This document shows positions 48,720 to 60,952 of a stretch of DNA of 62,759 nt, one piece after another. A program made the translations under genes and the position numbers. The DNA comes from Saccostrea cucullata (lineage: Eukaryota). The stretch covers positions 62,001 to 124,759 of the forward strand of contig NW_026940866.1 in NCBI RefSeq assembly GCF_032062105.1, read 5' to 3'. Position 1 is the stretch's first letter. Each line of letters starts with the position of its first letter. The notes under the pieces were generated by a model. The model had not been told where the DNA came from and made no database searches. It saw only the letters and a list, made by a program, of their open reading frames with translations.

Positions 48720-49120
48720 GGCCAAAAAAAAAAAAATTAATCAACAGTTTGAAAAGGGAAATAAATCAATTTTCTATTTTTCCAAGTTGAAAAAGAAAAT
48801 CTAGTTATTCCCCTTTTCATAAATGCTAAGATAGACGTTTTTATTAGAAAAACAATACATTTCTTCCGAATTTTCAGGATTTTATTAATTAACTTTTAAA
48901 TAAATGTTTGGAGTAACATTATTTAAAGTTGAATACATATTACAACCAATTTCAGAGAACAAAATTAAGAATTGGTAGATATTATTTTATTGAACAAATG
49001 GTTTTAAAAAAGGTGTTAAACCTGAAAAAAAAAAAAAAAAAAAAAAAAAAAAGCCTGCCAGCTGCATTGAATTCTGATTTTTTTTTTGGCCTGAGTAACT
49101 ATTGATTAATTTTTTTGGCC
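48720..49120. mobile_element. MITE with TTA TSD (Zator- or PIF/Harbinger-type)
   Basis: TIR GGCC(A)nTTAATCAA(C/T)AGTT at both ends; TTA at 48717-48719 and 49121-49123. Confidence 0.75.
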
Positions 49121-50182
49121 TTATTTTACTTGTTTGATTTCACAAAATAGAATTGCATACAAAAGGTTGTGATATATATCAATTTATCAGGAAACTATTT
49201 CCATGCAGAAGAAATAGGAACCTTATATTTCATATTCTTTGGGATCGTTTTCTGATTTGAGGTATATTTATTTATTGTTACTAAGTATGTTATGATTTAT
49301 TGCTGCATATAGATTATGTATTAATTATACCGTATGATTTGAACACTTTACTGTTTGTATAACATTTGAAGTCATTCCATGTATAAAACTGGGAAAACAA
49401 TTCTGAATCTCTCTCTCTCTCTCTTAAATCAACAAAAGCTACAGTAAATATGCCAAAGACAGACAGAAGGACTAAAAGGGTAAAATCTTCGGTCTCGGGG
49501 AGCTATATACCTCTGTTGATTTTTCCGTGAAATCCTGGCTTACGATTGGTTAAAGTCTGTCACGTGAAGGCGGGGACAGTTGCAAATCTATACCCGGTCA
49601 GTTGTAATCTATACCCGGTCGATGTATTTCGTCACAGACACAACGTGACGTCATAATAGGCACAAAAGAAGTAGCAGAGTGCAGTAAACGTAGTATCGAT
49701 CTACCTTAATACAGTTTTAGCAGTGTCTTCCAAATTCTTAGGTATTTTAGCTGCCTTTCCTTTTTCTAAACAAAAAAATTCTGGAACCAATGATCGAATT
49801 AATTCACCGAATTCTGAATTTTATTTAAAGCAAGTCAAACTTTAATGTCAAGATAAAATATTTGATCCAAATTCTTAGGTATTTTAGCTGCAAGCAAAAA
49901 ATTTGAAATGTAATTTGCCATTTTAAAGCAGTGAATACAAGGAATACGTGAAATATCAAAGCCATAGCCCAACCCACTCAAAAGTTATAATTACGGGGAC
50001 ATGAAAAATTAAATATCATGATAAATCAATTGTGAACAGTTATATAATCTAAAAGGTCCGTTTTGCACACTGATTAATCTCGGGAATATTAACATTTTAT
50101 CGTCCAACTGTACAATGATTTTTTTGGGGTCAAAACATATAAATCTATCCTTCTTGCCATTCACCTGTCTCTCTTCCATATA

Positions 50183-51860
50183 GAACCAGATGTGCTTGTG
50201 AAACACCGATGCCCCGTATGGCAGCTTTCGGCAAGTGTTGAAGTTTCTCAAATGCAAGTCTAACATTAAATTAAAATGTTGTTACCAAAACATATGAGGT
50301 GTCAATAAACATATATTTAAAATATGAAAGCCCAAGAGCCAATCTTAAAAAAGTTATGACCAAAATTAAGTTTCGTTAAAGTGGGTCAAACTTCAAGGTC
50401 ACAGGGTAAAAATTAGCGGTGTGGAAGGGGGGGGGACTTTTGGTACCCAAGGAAAGACCTTATAATAAATTATTCAAGTGAAATATAAACGCCCTAAAAC
50501 CAACTGTTCAAAAGCTATGGCTAAGGGGAATTTTTTTTCAACAGAAGGTCAAATTTCAAGGTCAAAATTGTTGATACCCAAAAGAAAAGTCTTGTCACAA
50601 GGACTACACCTGTAAAATACGAATTAAAGCCCTAGACCTTACTGTTCCAAACGTATGGCCAAGGTTTAAGTTTGTGGGTCAAACTCTAAAAGCAAGGTCA
50701 AAAGGTAAAACATATCTATAACCATTAACAGATCCTGTCACAATGTATGCACATGTGAATTAAGGTAGGATTCTTCTCTGGTTTCTGAGTAGATGAAATA
50801 TTTAATGTATATTTGCTTATATGTCTTATATATTTAGGTGAAAGAGATTTAAAAGACCATATTTTTCTTTCCTCATCACAATTGTACAACTTTAAATAGA
50901 AATGGTCAATTGTGTTTGAAAACTAGCAGGGACTATATTTTTGGCGGAATGGTGGTGTATGAAATTATCTTCTTTTCTGTCTCTCGAAATTATTATAGAA
51001 CTGCTAATTTAGTTATAATTTTTACACAATCAAAGACTAGAAGAATTTGTCAAATGTTAGCTAAATAAATAATAAGGAACTAAAGTTTTAAAATATATCA
51101 AATGAATATGAATTTCAATACAAACTACAATTATGTTAGCTTTTAAAAATTTCGACTCTAAGTACAGATATGAGCCAAAAATCCATGGGAAGTGTTTTTA
51201 CTCTCTTACTAAACGGTCAAAACTTTCTGTTTTTGTATCATTTTGTATCTCTATATGACTGCTTTACCATGGCCATATGTTAAAATAAGAAAAAGTTAAA
51301 TATAGTGCGCATATAACGTGTATAAAAATAACTTAAATGTCCTAAACATTTAAGAAAAATAGAGAATGTCGGAATGGCCAAAATCCATGTTTGTTAAACT
51401 ATTTGTGTCAATTTGGTAACATCATCTTATAGACCCTATATGGTAATATCTTTTTATGCAAAAAGAAAAAAAATTAATCTTTTGCAATAGAAGACCCTAT
51501 CTCTTGATTGGGTGTAGTTATTTTTATTCTTATGACCAGGGAAAAAAGGTTATGACCTTGATCTGACCTTGACTCTAATATAAAAAGGTCAAAACTAATC
51601 TAACTAATACCATCACTTAGTAAGACTGTCTTCTTGATTCTGTGAAAATTTCATTAATTTTTAAGTACAAGAAATACAGTTTTGTATGAGAAGAATCCTA
51701 CCTTAAGTATACAGGTCTTTCACAAATTGTTACACTTGTGGAATATGAAAGCCACAGCCCCACCACTCAGAATTTATTGGCAAGATTAAAATTTTTGCGG
51801 CCAGACAAACAAACAAATGGACGGACAGGGCAAAACATTAATAATAAATATCAAAAAATA
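50183..51860 (-). mobile_element. Degenerate Helentron-type tandem-repeat element (host of the Kolobok MITE)
   Basis: AACCAGATGTGCTTGTGAAACACCGATGCCCC end, repeated GGTCAAACTTCAAGGTCA / AAAGTTATG units, GACAAACAAACAAATGGACGGACAGGGCAAAAC end. Confidence 0.6.
50764..51702. mobile_element. Non-autonomous Kolobok-type DNA transposon
   Basis: Perfect 15-bp TIR GGTAGGATTCTTCTC with TTAA TSD (50760-50763, 51703-51706). Confidence 0.85.
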
Positions 51861-52019
51861 CAATAAAAAATGCTGCGCCTCGGTCATCTTAGCTAGCAAA
51901 GAGTTTGTAATGTTGCTGAATGATTCACTTCTCTTCACAAGCCCTTGAGGCTTCTTGGCTAGCGAAGATGCGCCTTGATGCGCATAACATACCCGGTATG
52001 TATATAGAAAATTTAAAAG

Positions 52020-52560
52020 AACAATATTCAAGATCAAAAGTCCATAAAACAATACAAAATTGGAGCAGAGCAAACACGGACCTCCAAAACACCAGAAGTG
52101 GGATCCGGTCACACCCGCCGTGTGCTCCTTGTCATGAACGGGAAATAGCGGAAAAATCCGTTCGTCAATTCAGTGTATTAATAATGGACTAACAATTAAA
52201 CGTCAGTCAGCATTTACTCAATGATAAATTGTATTTGCTGACAAGGTCATTGTACTGATCGACAATAGAACTCACGAAATGATGCCTTTAACCGAGACTG
52301 CTAATAGTCTTGTTTCATCAATTTGTTTGTCAATAATTTACCTCGTTTTAGAAATTTTTCATACGTAGAACATGATATTGCGTATCGAGGTGCAACTGAG
52401 ATATATAAAGTCCGTATGCAGGTAATGAAGATATAGTGCTGCATAAGTAAGGGAAGTTGACGATAAAAAAAGATATAAAGTCATCGCGTTTATCATAGAG
52501 CTTGGTTGTTAGATATCCAAATATGAAACAGATGTGTCACACTTTGATAAACGATGTTTT
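52020..52560 (-). mobile_element. Penelope-like element remnant
   Basis: Reverse translation: YDKRDDF..IVNFPYLCSTISSLPAYGLYISQL..RYAISCSTYEKFLKRGKLLTNKLMKQDY*QSRLKASFREFY. Confidence 0.75.
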
Positions 52561-54151
52561 TAGGTGAACATTTTCATCTTACCCTCAGCTCCTACTCCTT
52601 TTAGAAATTAATGATTTTATCCAGATTTTAACGAGGCCTTCATTAGCATGATTTTAACCTTTTGAACATGTGCTTTAACAATGGTGTCATGTACATTAAT
52701 AGTTATAAGAAGAAAACGAAGAAAAAGAAGGAGGAGAACTTCATGCAAAATTTAATATTCAAGAGGGTTCAATCATAACATTTTTTTTCCTAATATATCT
52801 ATAGAGTGTCTGTTTTAAATATAATTCTATAAACATTTTACACGATTTTTTGTATTTTTCAGAGATAATGGAAATTCTTGGTTCTATAAATGTATTAATT
52901 GAGTCATCACATCTAATAAAATGATTCCAAAAATTGTTCCAAATTGTTGAACTCCTTCGAAGAATTTTTATTAGACATGAACATTTATATCCATCTACTC
53001 AAAAGTTATGAACAGAGTTCAAAGTTTTTTTTCGGACAAACACAAACAGACGGACAGGGTAAAAATCTTCCATTACGGGTATATAAAAATACATGAATTC
53101 CGAGTTTAACATACATATATATCAATTTCTGATATCATTTTCCGGTTTTTGTTATGTTTCAGAGACTGCCAATCTTTCACTTAATTTTTCCGGAATATTA
53201 TAGGTCTACCTGCAGTCTTTCTATTTACAGTGCTATTATTGTGTCCGGTTTGATTGCAGATTGACCAAGGACTCAAAGATTTTAAATTACTTCTAAGAAT
53301 AATTTAAAAAACAAGATGCCAGAAAGAGATCTGATGGAAGTTCGATAAAATAATGTATGTACGGATTAAAATATTTTCTTTTCTTTCCATTTGGTATATA
53401 CTAAAATCACCAGCAGGCCGAATGTAGACAATGAAATTTACTTGCAAGTCTGTGGTGTTTTGAAGAAAAAAATCTTTTTGGTGAAGTGGAACAATGTTGC
53501 AGATTTTTATTATAGGTGTTTAATTTCAAGATGACACTCACTTTTCCTACTGGTGTCGGGTGAGATCTAGCTTCAAAAATGAGTGAATAACATTCTATTT
53601 AAGTTCTATCATATGGCGAATTGCACTTGCCATATATGAAATATATATATTTATTTAATCTAAATTGGATTAGAATTATTTGGAGCTTATTATTTTGCGA
53701 CAACGCTAACACAGGGAATGAATTATTTGTCAAGGCGATTAACATTTTGACCATAGAATATTCTTCTTAATCATGTTAATACATACAGTACTCTGGGTAT
53801 CATTTCCCTAGATTGTTTAAATATTTTAAATGATGGATTGAGGTTGAGGAAAGATGAGTTGAAGATGGATATGCTTACTGTTAATCCATTTTATTTTGTA
53901 AAATGTTTCATTTTCATCTTAAACAGCAAGACCACCCGCTGCTCACATAAATTTTATATGTTAATTCTTGTAAATGAATGAGGTTTACGGAAATAGTTTT
54001 TCCGCCTTTTTTACTCAGGCAGTTATGTTATGCTGTTACGTCATTATGTTAACTTGAGCGCCTTTTTTAGTACGCCTTTGAGCAATTGATAACTACGAGC
54101 TACTTGTGCTATTCGCAAAAACATCGCAGTTGCGTTTTCATACAGAGTGAA

Positions 54152-55228
54152 ATGGTAGACAGAGAACGAAGGGCAAACGCAGGGGCTAAAATGTTAGAAA
54201 TCATGAAGTCCTTGAAGGAAAACGAAACGACCGATATCGATACCACGCCAGTTCGACCCTCGCCAGCAGCAAAAGGTCAGGACGGTCAACACGAAAAAAT
54301 TGCTTCCCCGCGTGATATAGCGGACCTCGAATCAAAGTGCCAAGATCTCGAGAGAAAGCTACAGCAGATGAAACTGGAGAATAAATACCGCGACTTGCAG
54401 ACTCAAATACAAAAGGAAACCGAGATGCGTGCTGCAACCCCCCGTCCCGTAGAGGCACTGCTGCAAGCCCCACTAGAAACGGAAACGAGGACTTGGACTC
54501 GGGAAGTTCCACAGGAATTTCAAGGTAATTCTATTACGTCTAAGAAAGCTAGGAAAATTCAAGATTACGTTTGGACTGGAACGAGAGACTTGTTAGACGA
54601 ATCGAAAACGATTGATATGGGCAATGGAGTCAAATTGAACGTAGGAGAGAAAAAGCTATCCCTAGGAGATGTAACGGTAGAGCAGTGGGGGTACGCAAGC
54701 CTCCAAATTCTATTTGAGATGATAGCAGATGGTACCTGTACTTTAAGACAGTCTCAAGACTACTTACGCTACACCCAGTCTGTCTTCAGATTAGCTGCTA
54801 ATTATGTGTGGCCAAGCGTTTTGCTGTATGATAGAGAATACCGTGAAAATCAGTCAAAGTACTCTTACTTATGGAACACTCCGTGCGCTCAACTTCGAGA
54901 GTTTAATCTAATACCTAAGCGGGACAACTCTACCACACAGACAGTTTCGCACATGTATAGACAGCAAGTGGACAAAACAGCTACAGCGGAGAAGCCAGTT
55001 CACCAGCCAACAACGTTAGCACCCAACAAACGCGGACGAGGACCATTCTTACCGAATGGACGAGAAATATGCCGTCGTTTTAACCAAGACAACTGTGTGC
55101 GTTCAGACTGTAGGCTAGCCCACAATTGTTTTATTTGCTATGGGCCTAATCATCCAGCAGTGAAGCATGGCTTGGCAGGAAAAACAACGACAGATCCAAA
55201 TCAAAGGCCTGAAGGGCCTGTGAGTTGA
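54152..55228 (+). CDS. Gag-like ORF1 of the Ngaro element
   Basis: Coiled coil, Y.W.SVLLYDREYR..Q motif, CCCH/CCH knuckle CRRFNQDNCVRSDCRLAHNCFICYGPNH; first ATG at 54152. Confidence 0.85.
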   Translation: MVDRERRANAGAKMLEIMKSLKENETTDIDTTPVRPSPAAKGQDGQHEKIASPRDIADLESKCQDLERKLQQMKLENKYRDLQTQIQKETEMRAATPRPVEALLQAPLETETRTWTREVPQEFQGNSITSKKARKIQDYVWTGTRDLLDESKTIDMGNGVKLNVGEKKLSLGDVTVEQWGYASLQILFEMIADGTCTLRQSQDYLRYTQSVFRLAANYVWPSVLLYDREYRENQSKYSYLWNTPCAQLREFNLIPKRDNSTTQTVSHMYRQQVDKTATAEKPVHQPTTLAPNKRGRGPFLPNGREICRRFNQDNCVRSDCRLAHNCFICYGPNHPAVKHGLAGKTTTDPNQRPEGPVS

Positions 55229-55842
55229 CTTGCTCGAGTTCATTGAGCTTTTTCATACATCTGGACACCATACCTTATATTCAGTTTATTTTGCATCTTA
55301 AGAGATTGATTATTATATGTCTCCATGTTCGGTTAAAAAATAAAGTGTATTACAAAATTGCTTTTCCTTTGTACAGGTTGGCACTAATGGGCTTCCGTAC
55401 ATATTATTGTGATAAGCAGCACTGCAAATCTTGGATTCCATAATGTATTATTTAAGCACACTAGCTGCAGTGGTCAGTGTTATGGGGTAATTAGTTTAAA
55501 GATTCCCACAGCAAATCTGGATTCTAAAAATAGATTTTTCAAGCACACTAGCTGCAATTAATGAGAGCATCAGGTGTTTGTGTTAGGGGGTATTCTAGGT
55601 CAATTATAAACAAACTTCAGATGAGAAGATTAGATCCGCCTAACATGCTTGAACATATTCATACGCAGTAATTGTACATCTTACAGATATTTAAACAATA
55701 ATCTCTTTAAAAGCATGAAGACATAAAAAATGTAACAGTCTGATATCTTATGCAGTTTTTACCTCCTAATTTTATAAAATCACTCAAACAAGAGCATTTT
55801 TTGCTAGAACTATCATATTTGGCGTATGGATCACCTTTATGA

Positions 55843-57585
55843 ATGTGTGAAAAATTTTACAGCTCTGAAACGGCTATGTCAACAGGGATTAGCTTGCTAC
55901 GCAAGCCAACTCAAAAACGCATAGGCAACCCTCCATCCCACGACCTGCAGCTATCGGCCTGGGAAAAACTTATCCCCCCTGATGACTTTGATAGAGAATT
56001 CATCTTGCAGGGCGTAAAGGAGGGTTTTCATATTGTTGACAATGTTATAGACCTTGATACTTATGTTGAATGTAGCAATTATAAATCTTCTTTAGTTTTT
56101 CATGATCAGGTTGAGTCACAAATTAATTATGAGATTTTGCATGGAAATTATGTTGTATGCGGTAAACCTATGAATATTGTTAGTGCGCTTGGCGCTATTC
56201 CTAAGTCCTCTAACAAGGTTAGGCTCATTCACGATGCTAGTCGACCTATTGGCAAAAGCTTAAATGACTATACTTCAGATACTTCATGTACATATATGGA
56301 CCTTACCCATGCTTGTAAACTGATCTCTAGAAACTGTTTTTTAGCCAAAGTTGACCTTAAAAGTGCTTACAGGTCAGTCAACATTCACCCTAGTAATTAC
56401 AGATTTACAGGTTTAAAGTGGCAATTTTCAAATGAAAGTTATGCAACGTATATATATGATGCAAAATTACCCTTCGGGGCTGCTAAGAGTCCTAGCATTT
56501 TTCAAAGATTGTCTAGCTGTGTTTGTAGAATTTTGAAATTTCAGTATGGTGTTACAGTGATTGTGTACATTGACGATTTTTTAGTTATCGAAGAAACTTT
56601 TGAGAAATGTTTGTTTGCTTTACAAGTTTTAATCAAAACATTGAGACAATTAGGGTTCTGTATCAATTGGAACAAAGTGGAAGGACCGTGCCAACAACTG
56701 ACTTTTCTTGGTGTGAAGATAGACACTTGTGATCTTACCCTCTCACTTCCTCAGGACAAAATGGAAGCGCTTCAAGACCTCCTGATGACCTTTCAAACCA
56801 AGAAGCGAGCAAGTAAACGTCAACTTGAGTCCTTGATAGGTAAACTAAACTGGGCTTGTCAGGTGATACAAGGTGGCCGCACCTTTCTACGTCGTGTGAT
56901 CAACGCTAAAAATGTCTTACACCGCCAATCGGACAAAGTACTTTTGGATTGTTTTCGAAAAGACTTGGAGTGGTGGATAGCGTTCCTCCCCATATTCAAC
57001 GGAACAGTGCATTTTTTAGAGACACGTCCTGTTCGTTCCTTGATGACGGATGCTTGCAATGCAGGAGGCGGCGGCTACTTTAGCGGTGATTACTTTTATG
57101 TGAACTGGACACTGGACGTGCCAGAAGTCGCAGACAAGCATATTAATACCAAGGAAACTGTGGCTATAATCCTAGCATTACAACGTTGGGCACCTCTGCT
57201 TGCGAACAAAAAAGTTATAGTGTACACGGACAATACTACTGCTAAAGCATACATAAACAAAGGTTCCAGCAGAAATACTTTTATTATGGAATGGCTCAGA
57301 AGCTTATTCTGGACTCAAGCATTTTATAACTTTAGTGTCTATGCATCCTATGTAAAGGGTAAACTGAACACAATAGCAGATGTGATTTCGCGTTTAAGTG
57401 AACCTTACATGCTCACTAAGCTCTATGAAATATTACCATTTGATGGGTCATACATTGTACCTTTCACAGTAAAAGCACTGGTCTCACACATGTCATCTGC
57501 TTTTATTTATTGCAGATGGGGCCGAGCTTCGTCAAGCACTGCGCATGGCAGCCAGTCGCCTGAGGACCCAGGGATGGGCGGTTAG
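55843..57585 (+). CDS. Reverse transcriptase / RNase H (ORF2)
   Basis: RLIHDAS, KVDLKSAYR, LPFGAAKSP, YIDD, FLGVKID; RNase H TDAC, HINTKE, TDN, NTIADVISR. Confidence 0.95.
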   Translation: MCEKFYSSETAMSTGISLLRKPTQKRIGNPPSHDLQLSAWEKLIPPDDFDREFILQGVKEGFHIVDNVIDLDTYVECSNYKSSLVFHDQVESQINYEILHGNYVVCGKPMNIVSALGAIPKSSNKVRLIHDASRPIGKSLNDYTSDTSCTYMDLTHACKLISRNCFLAKVDLKSAYRSVNIHPSNYRFTGLKWQFSNESYATYIYDAKLPFGAAKSPSIFQRLSSCVCRILKFQYGVTVIVYIDDFLVIEETFEKCLFALQVLIKTLRQLGFCINWNKVEGPCQQLTFLGVKIDTCDLTLSLPQDKMEALQDLLMTFQTKKRASKRQLESLIGKLNWACQVIQGGRTFLRRVINAKNVLHRQSDKVLLDCFRKDLEWWIAFLPIFNGTVHFLETRPVRSLMTDACNAGGGGYFSGDYFYVNWTLDVPEVADKHINTKETVAIILALQRWAPLLANKKVIVYTDNTTAKAYINKGSSRNTFIMEWLRSLFWTQAFYNFSVYASYVKGKLNTIADVISRLSEPYMLTKLYEILPFDGSYIVPFTVKALVSHMSSAFIYCRWGRASSSTAHGSQSPEDPGMGG

Positions 57586-58492
57586 CACCAAGAAAACTTA
57601 CCAAGCCCAACTTACCTGCTATCTGGACTTTTGTGCTAAAGTTAACTTACCTGGAGTACCAGCAGCACCTGAGCAGATTATCTTATACATTGCATACTTG
57701 GTGGATGTGAAGTCCTTTAAGTATAGTACCATCAAGAATTACCTGAACATTGTGAAACATTTACATTGTGCTAATGATTTAGATGACCCTATTCATGGAG
57801 TGTGGTCCATTCAGCAAACCCTGAAGGGAGCAAAACGTGAACTTGGTGATGCCCAGGGAGCAGCGACACCTATTCAGCCTAGACATCTCTTACTGATTAG
57901 GAGTTCCCTATGTTTAGATCTGAAGGAGGACTTGTCCTTTTGGACGGCATGCCTTATCGCCTTCTTTGGACTTCTGCGGCCTGGAAACTTCTTATCTCAG
58001 GGACCTATCTGTGTTCCAGACCGTGATTTGTGTATTCAAAATATAAGCCCACATGCCAAGGGCTTCTTGTTATCCCTGAATTGGACCAAGACCCTGCAAT
58101 TCCGAGAGCACCAACTTCAAGTTACACTTCCTGACTTGCATGGTCACCCACTGTGCCCAGCCAGTGCCTTGCGCAGCTTATTTCATCTGCTCTTCATTGA
58201 CCCTTTAACGTCTGACACCTCACCCCTCCTACAGAAGGCAAACGGCGAACCCCTGTCTTATAGTTGGTTTCTGTCGCGACTGCGGAGAGTCTTGCCTGGA
58301 GTGGATATAACTGGGCACTCCTTTCGAAGGGGAGGGGCCACTTGGGCCTTCCAGCAAGGATTACAAGGCGAGTTGATACAGGAACTGGGCTTCTGGAAGA
58401 GCAACGCCTATCTGCGCTACTTAGAGTCTACCACTGACCAAAAGTTCGAAAAAATGTACCAGTTTGGTAGAGGACTACCTTTCAGTCTTTAG
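57545..58492 (+). CDS. Tyrosine recombinase (ORF3)
   Basis: AFFGLLRPGN, TKT, LCP, GHSFRRGGAT, WKSNAYLRY (R-K-HxxR-W-Y catalytic set); overlaps the end of ORF2. Confidence 0.95.
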   Translation: MAASRLRTQGWAVSTKKTYQAQLTCYLDFCAKVNLPGVPAAPEQIILYIAYLVDVKSFKYSTIKNYLNIVKHLHCANDLDDPIHGVWSIQQTLKGAKRELGDAQGAATPIQPRHLLLIRSSLCLDLKEDLSFWTACLIAFFGLLRPGNFLSQGPICVPDRDLCIQNISPHAKGFLLSLNWTKTLQFREHQLQVTLPDLHGHPLCPASALRSLFHLLFIDPLTSDTSPLLQKANGEPLSYSWFLSRLRRVLPGVDITGHSFRRGGATWAFQQGLQGELIQELGFWKSNAYLRYLESTTDQKFEKMYQFGRGLPFSL

Positions 58493-59220
58493 GGGGGTTT
58501 TGGGGGTTTTTTTTGAGGTTTTAGTCCCCCTCTCCTCTTTCACACATTATTTACATGGGTCTGGGAGGTTACATGTACATTCACATGTATGTTCTTTGTG
58601 TTTTTATTCTACTTTAAGTTGAGCTATTCACTGTGCATTGCAAATAAATCTTTGTACGCCCAGACTCATCTTTTTTATATATATTGAAGTAAAATGTTAA
58701 TTCTTGTAAATGAATGAGGTTTACGGAAATAGTTTTTCCGCCTTTTTTACTCAGGCAGTTATGTTATGCTGTTACGTCATTATGTTAACTTGAGCGCCTT
58801 TTTTAGTACGCCTTTGAGCAATTGATAACTACGAGCTACTTGTGCTATTCGCAAAACCCACCCACCCCCACCAGTAGTATTACTGCAGTCTGTATACTTT
58901 GTATAATTTAGCACATATGGGAGGTTACATGTACATTCACATGTATGTTCTTTGTGTTTTTATTCTACTTTAAGTTGAGCTATTCACTGTGCATTGCAAA
59001 TAAATCTTTGTACGCCCAGACTCATCTTTTTTATATATATTGAAGTAAACTTGTAAATGATACAATTATTAAAGATTATACAGTACCAGTTTCCAGAATT
59101 TGCCAAAATTTGTGAATACACTATTTATCCAGAAAAAACAGAACTGTATTTGCAAAAGAAGCAAATGAAACATACATGTAATAATATATCATGTAACTGT
59201 TGCAGAATAATTTCCTAACA

Positions 59221-59350
59221 ATGGCTGGGACAACAACTTTATGCAGTGATACCTCAGAAGCTGTAGAGCTGTTTAAAGCCCAGGGACTGTACTTAAAGCC
59301 CATCTCTAAACTGACAGTATGTGTACAGCTGCCAAAACTGAAAGAGATGG
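59221..59350 (+). CDS. AKAP17A: A-kinase anchor protein 17A, first coding exon
   Basis: MAGTTTLCSDTSEAVELFKAQGLYLKPISKLTVCVQLPKLKEM resembles the AKAP17A/XE7 N-terminus (DTSEAVEL..GLYLKPI); acceptor TTGCAG at 59205; donor G|GTAGGT. Confidence 0.92.
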
Positions 59351-59451
59351 GTAGGTCATAAACTAGAAATATAATATGTGAATGTGAATGACTTAAGTTT
59401 ATTTCCAAAATATATCACCAGTGCATTAATAGGACACATGTATTGCATAAA

Positions 59452-59944
59452 TACGGCTGTGTATTGAGCCAAAAATTTCGATACGATACGATACAATATT
59501 TTTTAAAGCGATATGCGATATATTGGATTCTAAAACAAGTCCATCAGAAAAGGCTTCTAAATCATTTTAATGCATGAATTTCATAAAAACTAAGTGTTTT
59601 ATTTTCCATTTTAATGTTCTTGTCTCATTGTCATTACAAATAACACTTCAAATTAAACTTTTAATGACAGAAAAATCAACATGTTCAAATAAAGTTCTCT
59701 TTGTATTTTGTAATAATTATAAAAACTGTGTTATGTGAACTTATTTCCTTACAAATTATATAATTATTGAACAGTTTTAATTCAAAAAGGTGAAATATAA
59801 TCTTTGGTGATTGAAATTCCCATCTTTTTAATATAGTTAGAAGAAAAACTGTCTGTCCGATACGTATTGGAAGTCATTTTTCGATACGATATTTTTCTTG
59901 AATATCGATACGTATCGATATATCGATATATTGATACAGCCCTA
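59452..59944. mobile_element. hAT MITE in an AKAP17A intron
   Basis: Termini TACGGCTGTGTAT / TAGGGCTGTATC, CGATA subterminal repeats, perfect 8-bp TSD TGCATAAA. Confidence 0.88.
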
Positions 59945-60148
59945 TGCATAAATCAATTCTTTATATAGAGGAATGACTGAAGTATGGTAGTTCTTGTACT
60001 GTGGAATCATAGTACTTTTTAGACTGCACACAAGGTGCTGAAATTAGTATATAATAAAATAATTAAAGACACCACACACACACACACAGTACTATATAAA
60101 TTGATGATGAAATGCCTTTAATGAATTTACAATCCTTTGTTTTCACAG

Positions 60149-60792
60149 GAAAATCTATATCAAATTGGGAAGTGATGGAAAAAATCAAACACATGGCCAA
60201 ACCCCATACTTTCATATCACTAAAGATTATCAAGAGCACCATGGAGTTCGTGAGGATGGAAGGAGAAGCAGATACAAAATTACAAATCAAAGCTATAGTA
60301 CAATGTCTCGACTCCAAGACAATTAAACTCAGTGGCTTCCCAGAGGTGCTCAAGGTCAAGGCTGCTGAGGCCAAGGTCAGTCACCCATGTCAGCATGACT
60401 GGGACTCATTTTTCAGGGATGCCAAAAACATGAATGAAATGAAACCTGGAGAGAGACCTGACACAGTGCATTTGAGAGACTTGCCTACAAAGTGGTTCAC
60501 AAACAGACAGAAGGACAAACCTAGTGAACAAATCGTGAAGAGAGTGTTTGAAAACTTTGGTGAGGTGCGCTGCATGGATATTCCCATGTTGGACCCCTAT
60601 AGGAAAGAGATGACCACTCTGAAGTCTAGTGGACTGCAGACTTTCAGTTTTAACACGGGCATTACTTTTGACGTTTATGTTCAGTATAAAGACTACATCA
60701 GCTTTATGAAAGCCATGGATTCATTACGAGGAATGAAGTTATTGTATATAATGGAAGATGATGAAAAGAAAGCATATACAGCCAACATTAAG
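60149..60792 (+). CDS. AKAP17A: AKAP17A coding exon 2 (RRM-like region)
   Basis: GKSISNWEVMEK...HDWDSFFRDAKNMNEMKPGERPDTVHL...DIPMLDPYR...AYTANIK; AG/GT boundaries in phase. Confidence 0.95.
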
Positions 60793-60952
60793 GTTAGAAA
60801 ACGGTTTCAATCATGTTTTTAAAGGGAACCCAAACTTAGCTGTGTTTTATTTTAAATTGTATGTTGCATTTCAAGGACTAGCTAGAGGTATTTTGTGAGT
60901 ATTCTTCAAAATATGGATGTCAGCACTGTATATCTTCTTTTTATCTTTGCAG

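Larger units (their letters stand above)
53958..59049 (+). mobile_element. Full-length Ngaro-type (DIRS order) tyrosine-recombinase retrotransposon
   Basis: Split direct repeats A1 (53958-54120) - gag - RT/RNase H - YR - B1 (58562-58693) - A2 (58694-58856) - CCCA-rich spacer - B2 (58918-59049); no methyltransferase domain and no terminal inverted repeats. Confidence 0.93.

Noticed and set aside
57545-58492. Phage integrase or bacterial contamination; or the enzyme responsible for the 5.7-kb inversion
   Set aside because: The recombinase is ORF3 of a Ngaro retrotransposon; the inversion breakpoints lie in 1.1-kb homologous hAT copies with no similarity seen to the Ngaro junction.
60112-60822. 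ORF-track starts and stops for AKAP17A segments
   Set aside because: These ORFs run into introns; exon limits were set from splice sites and frame continuity.
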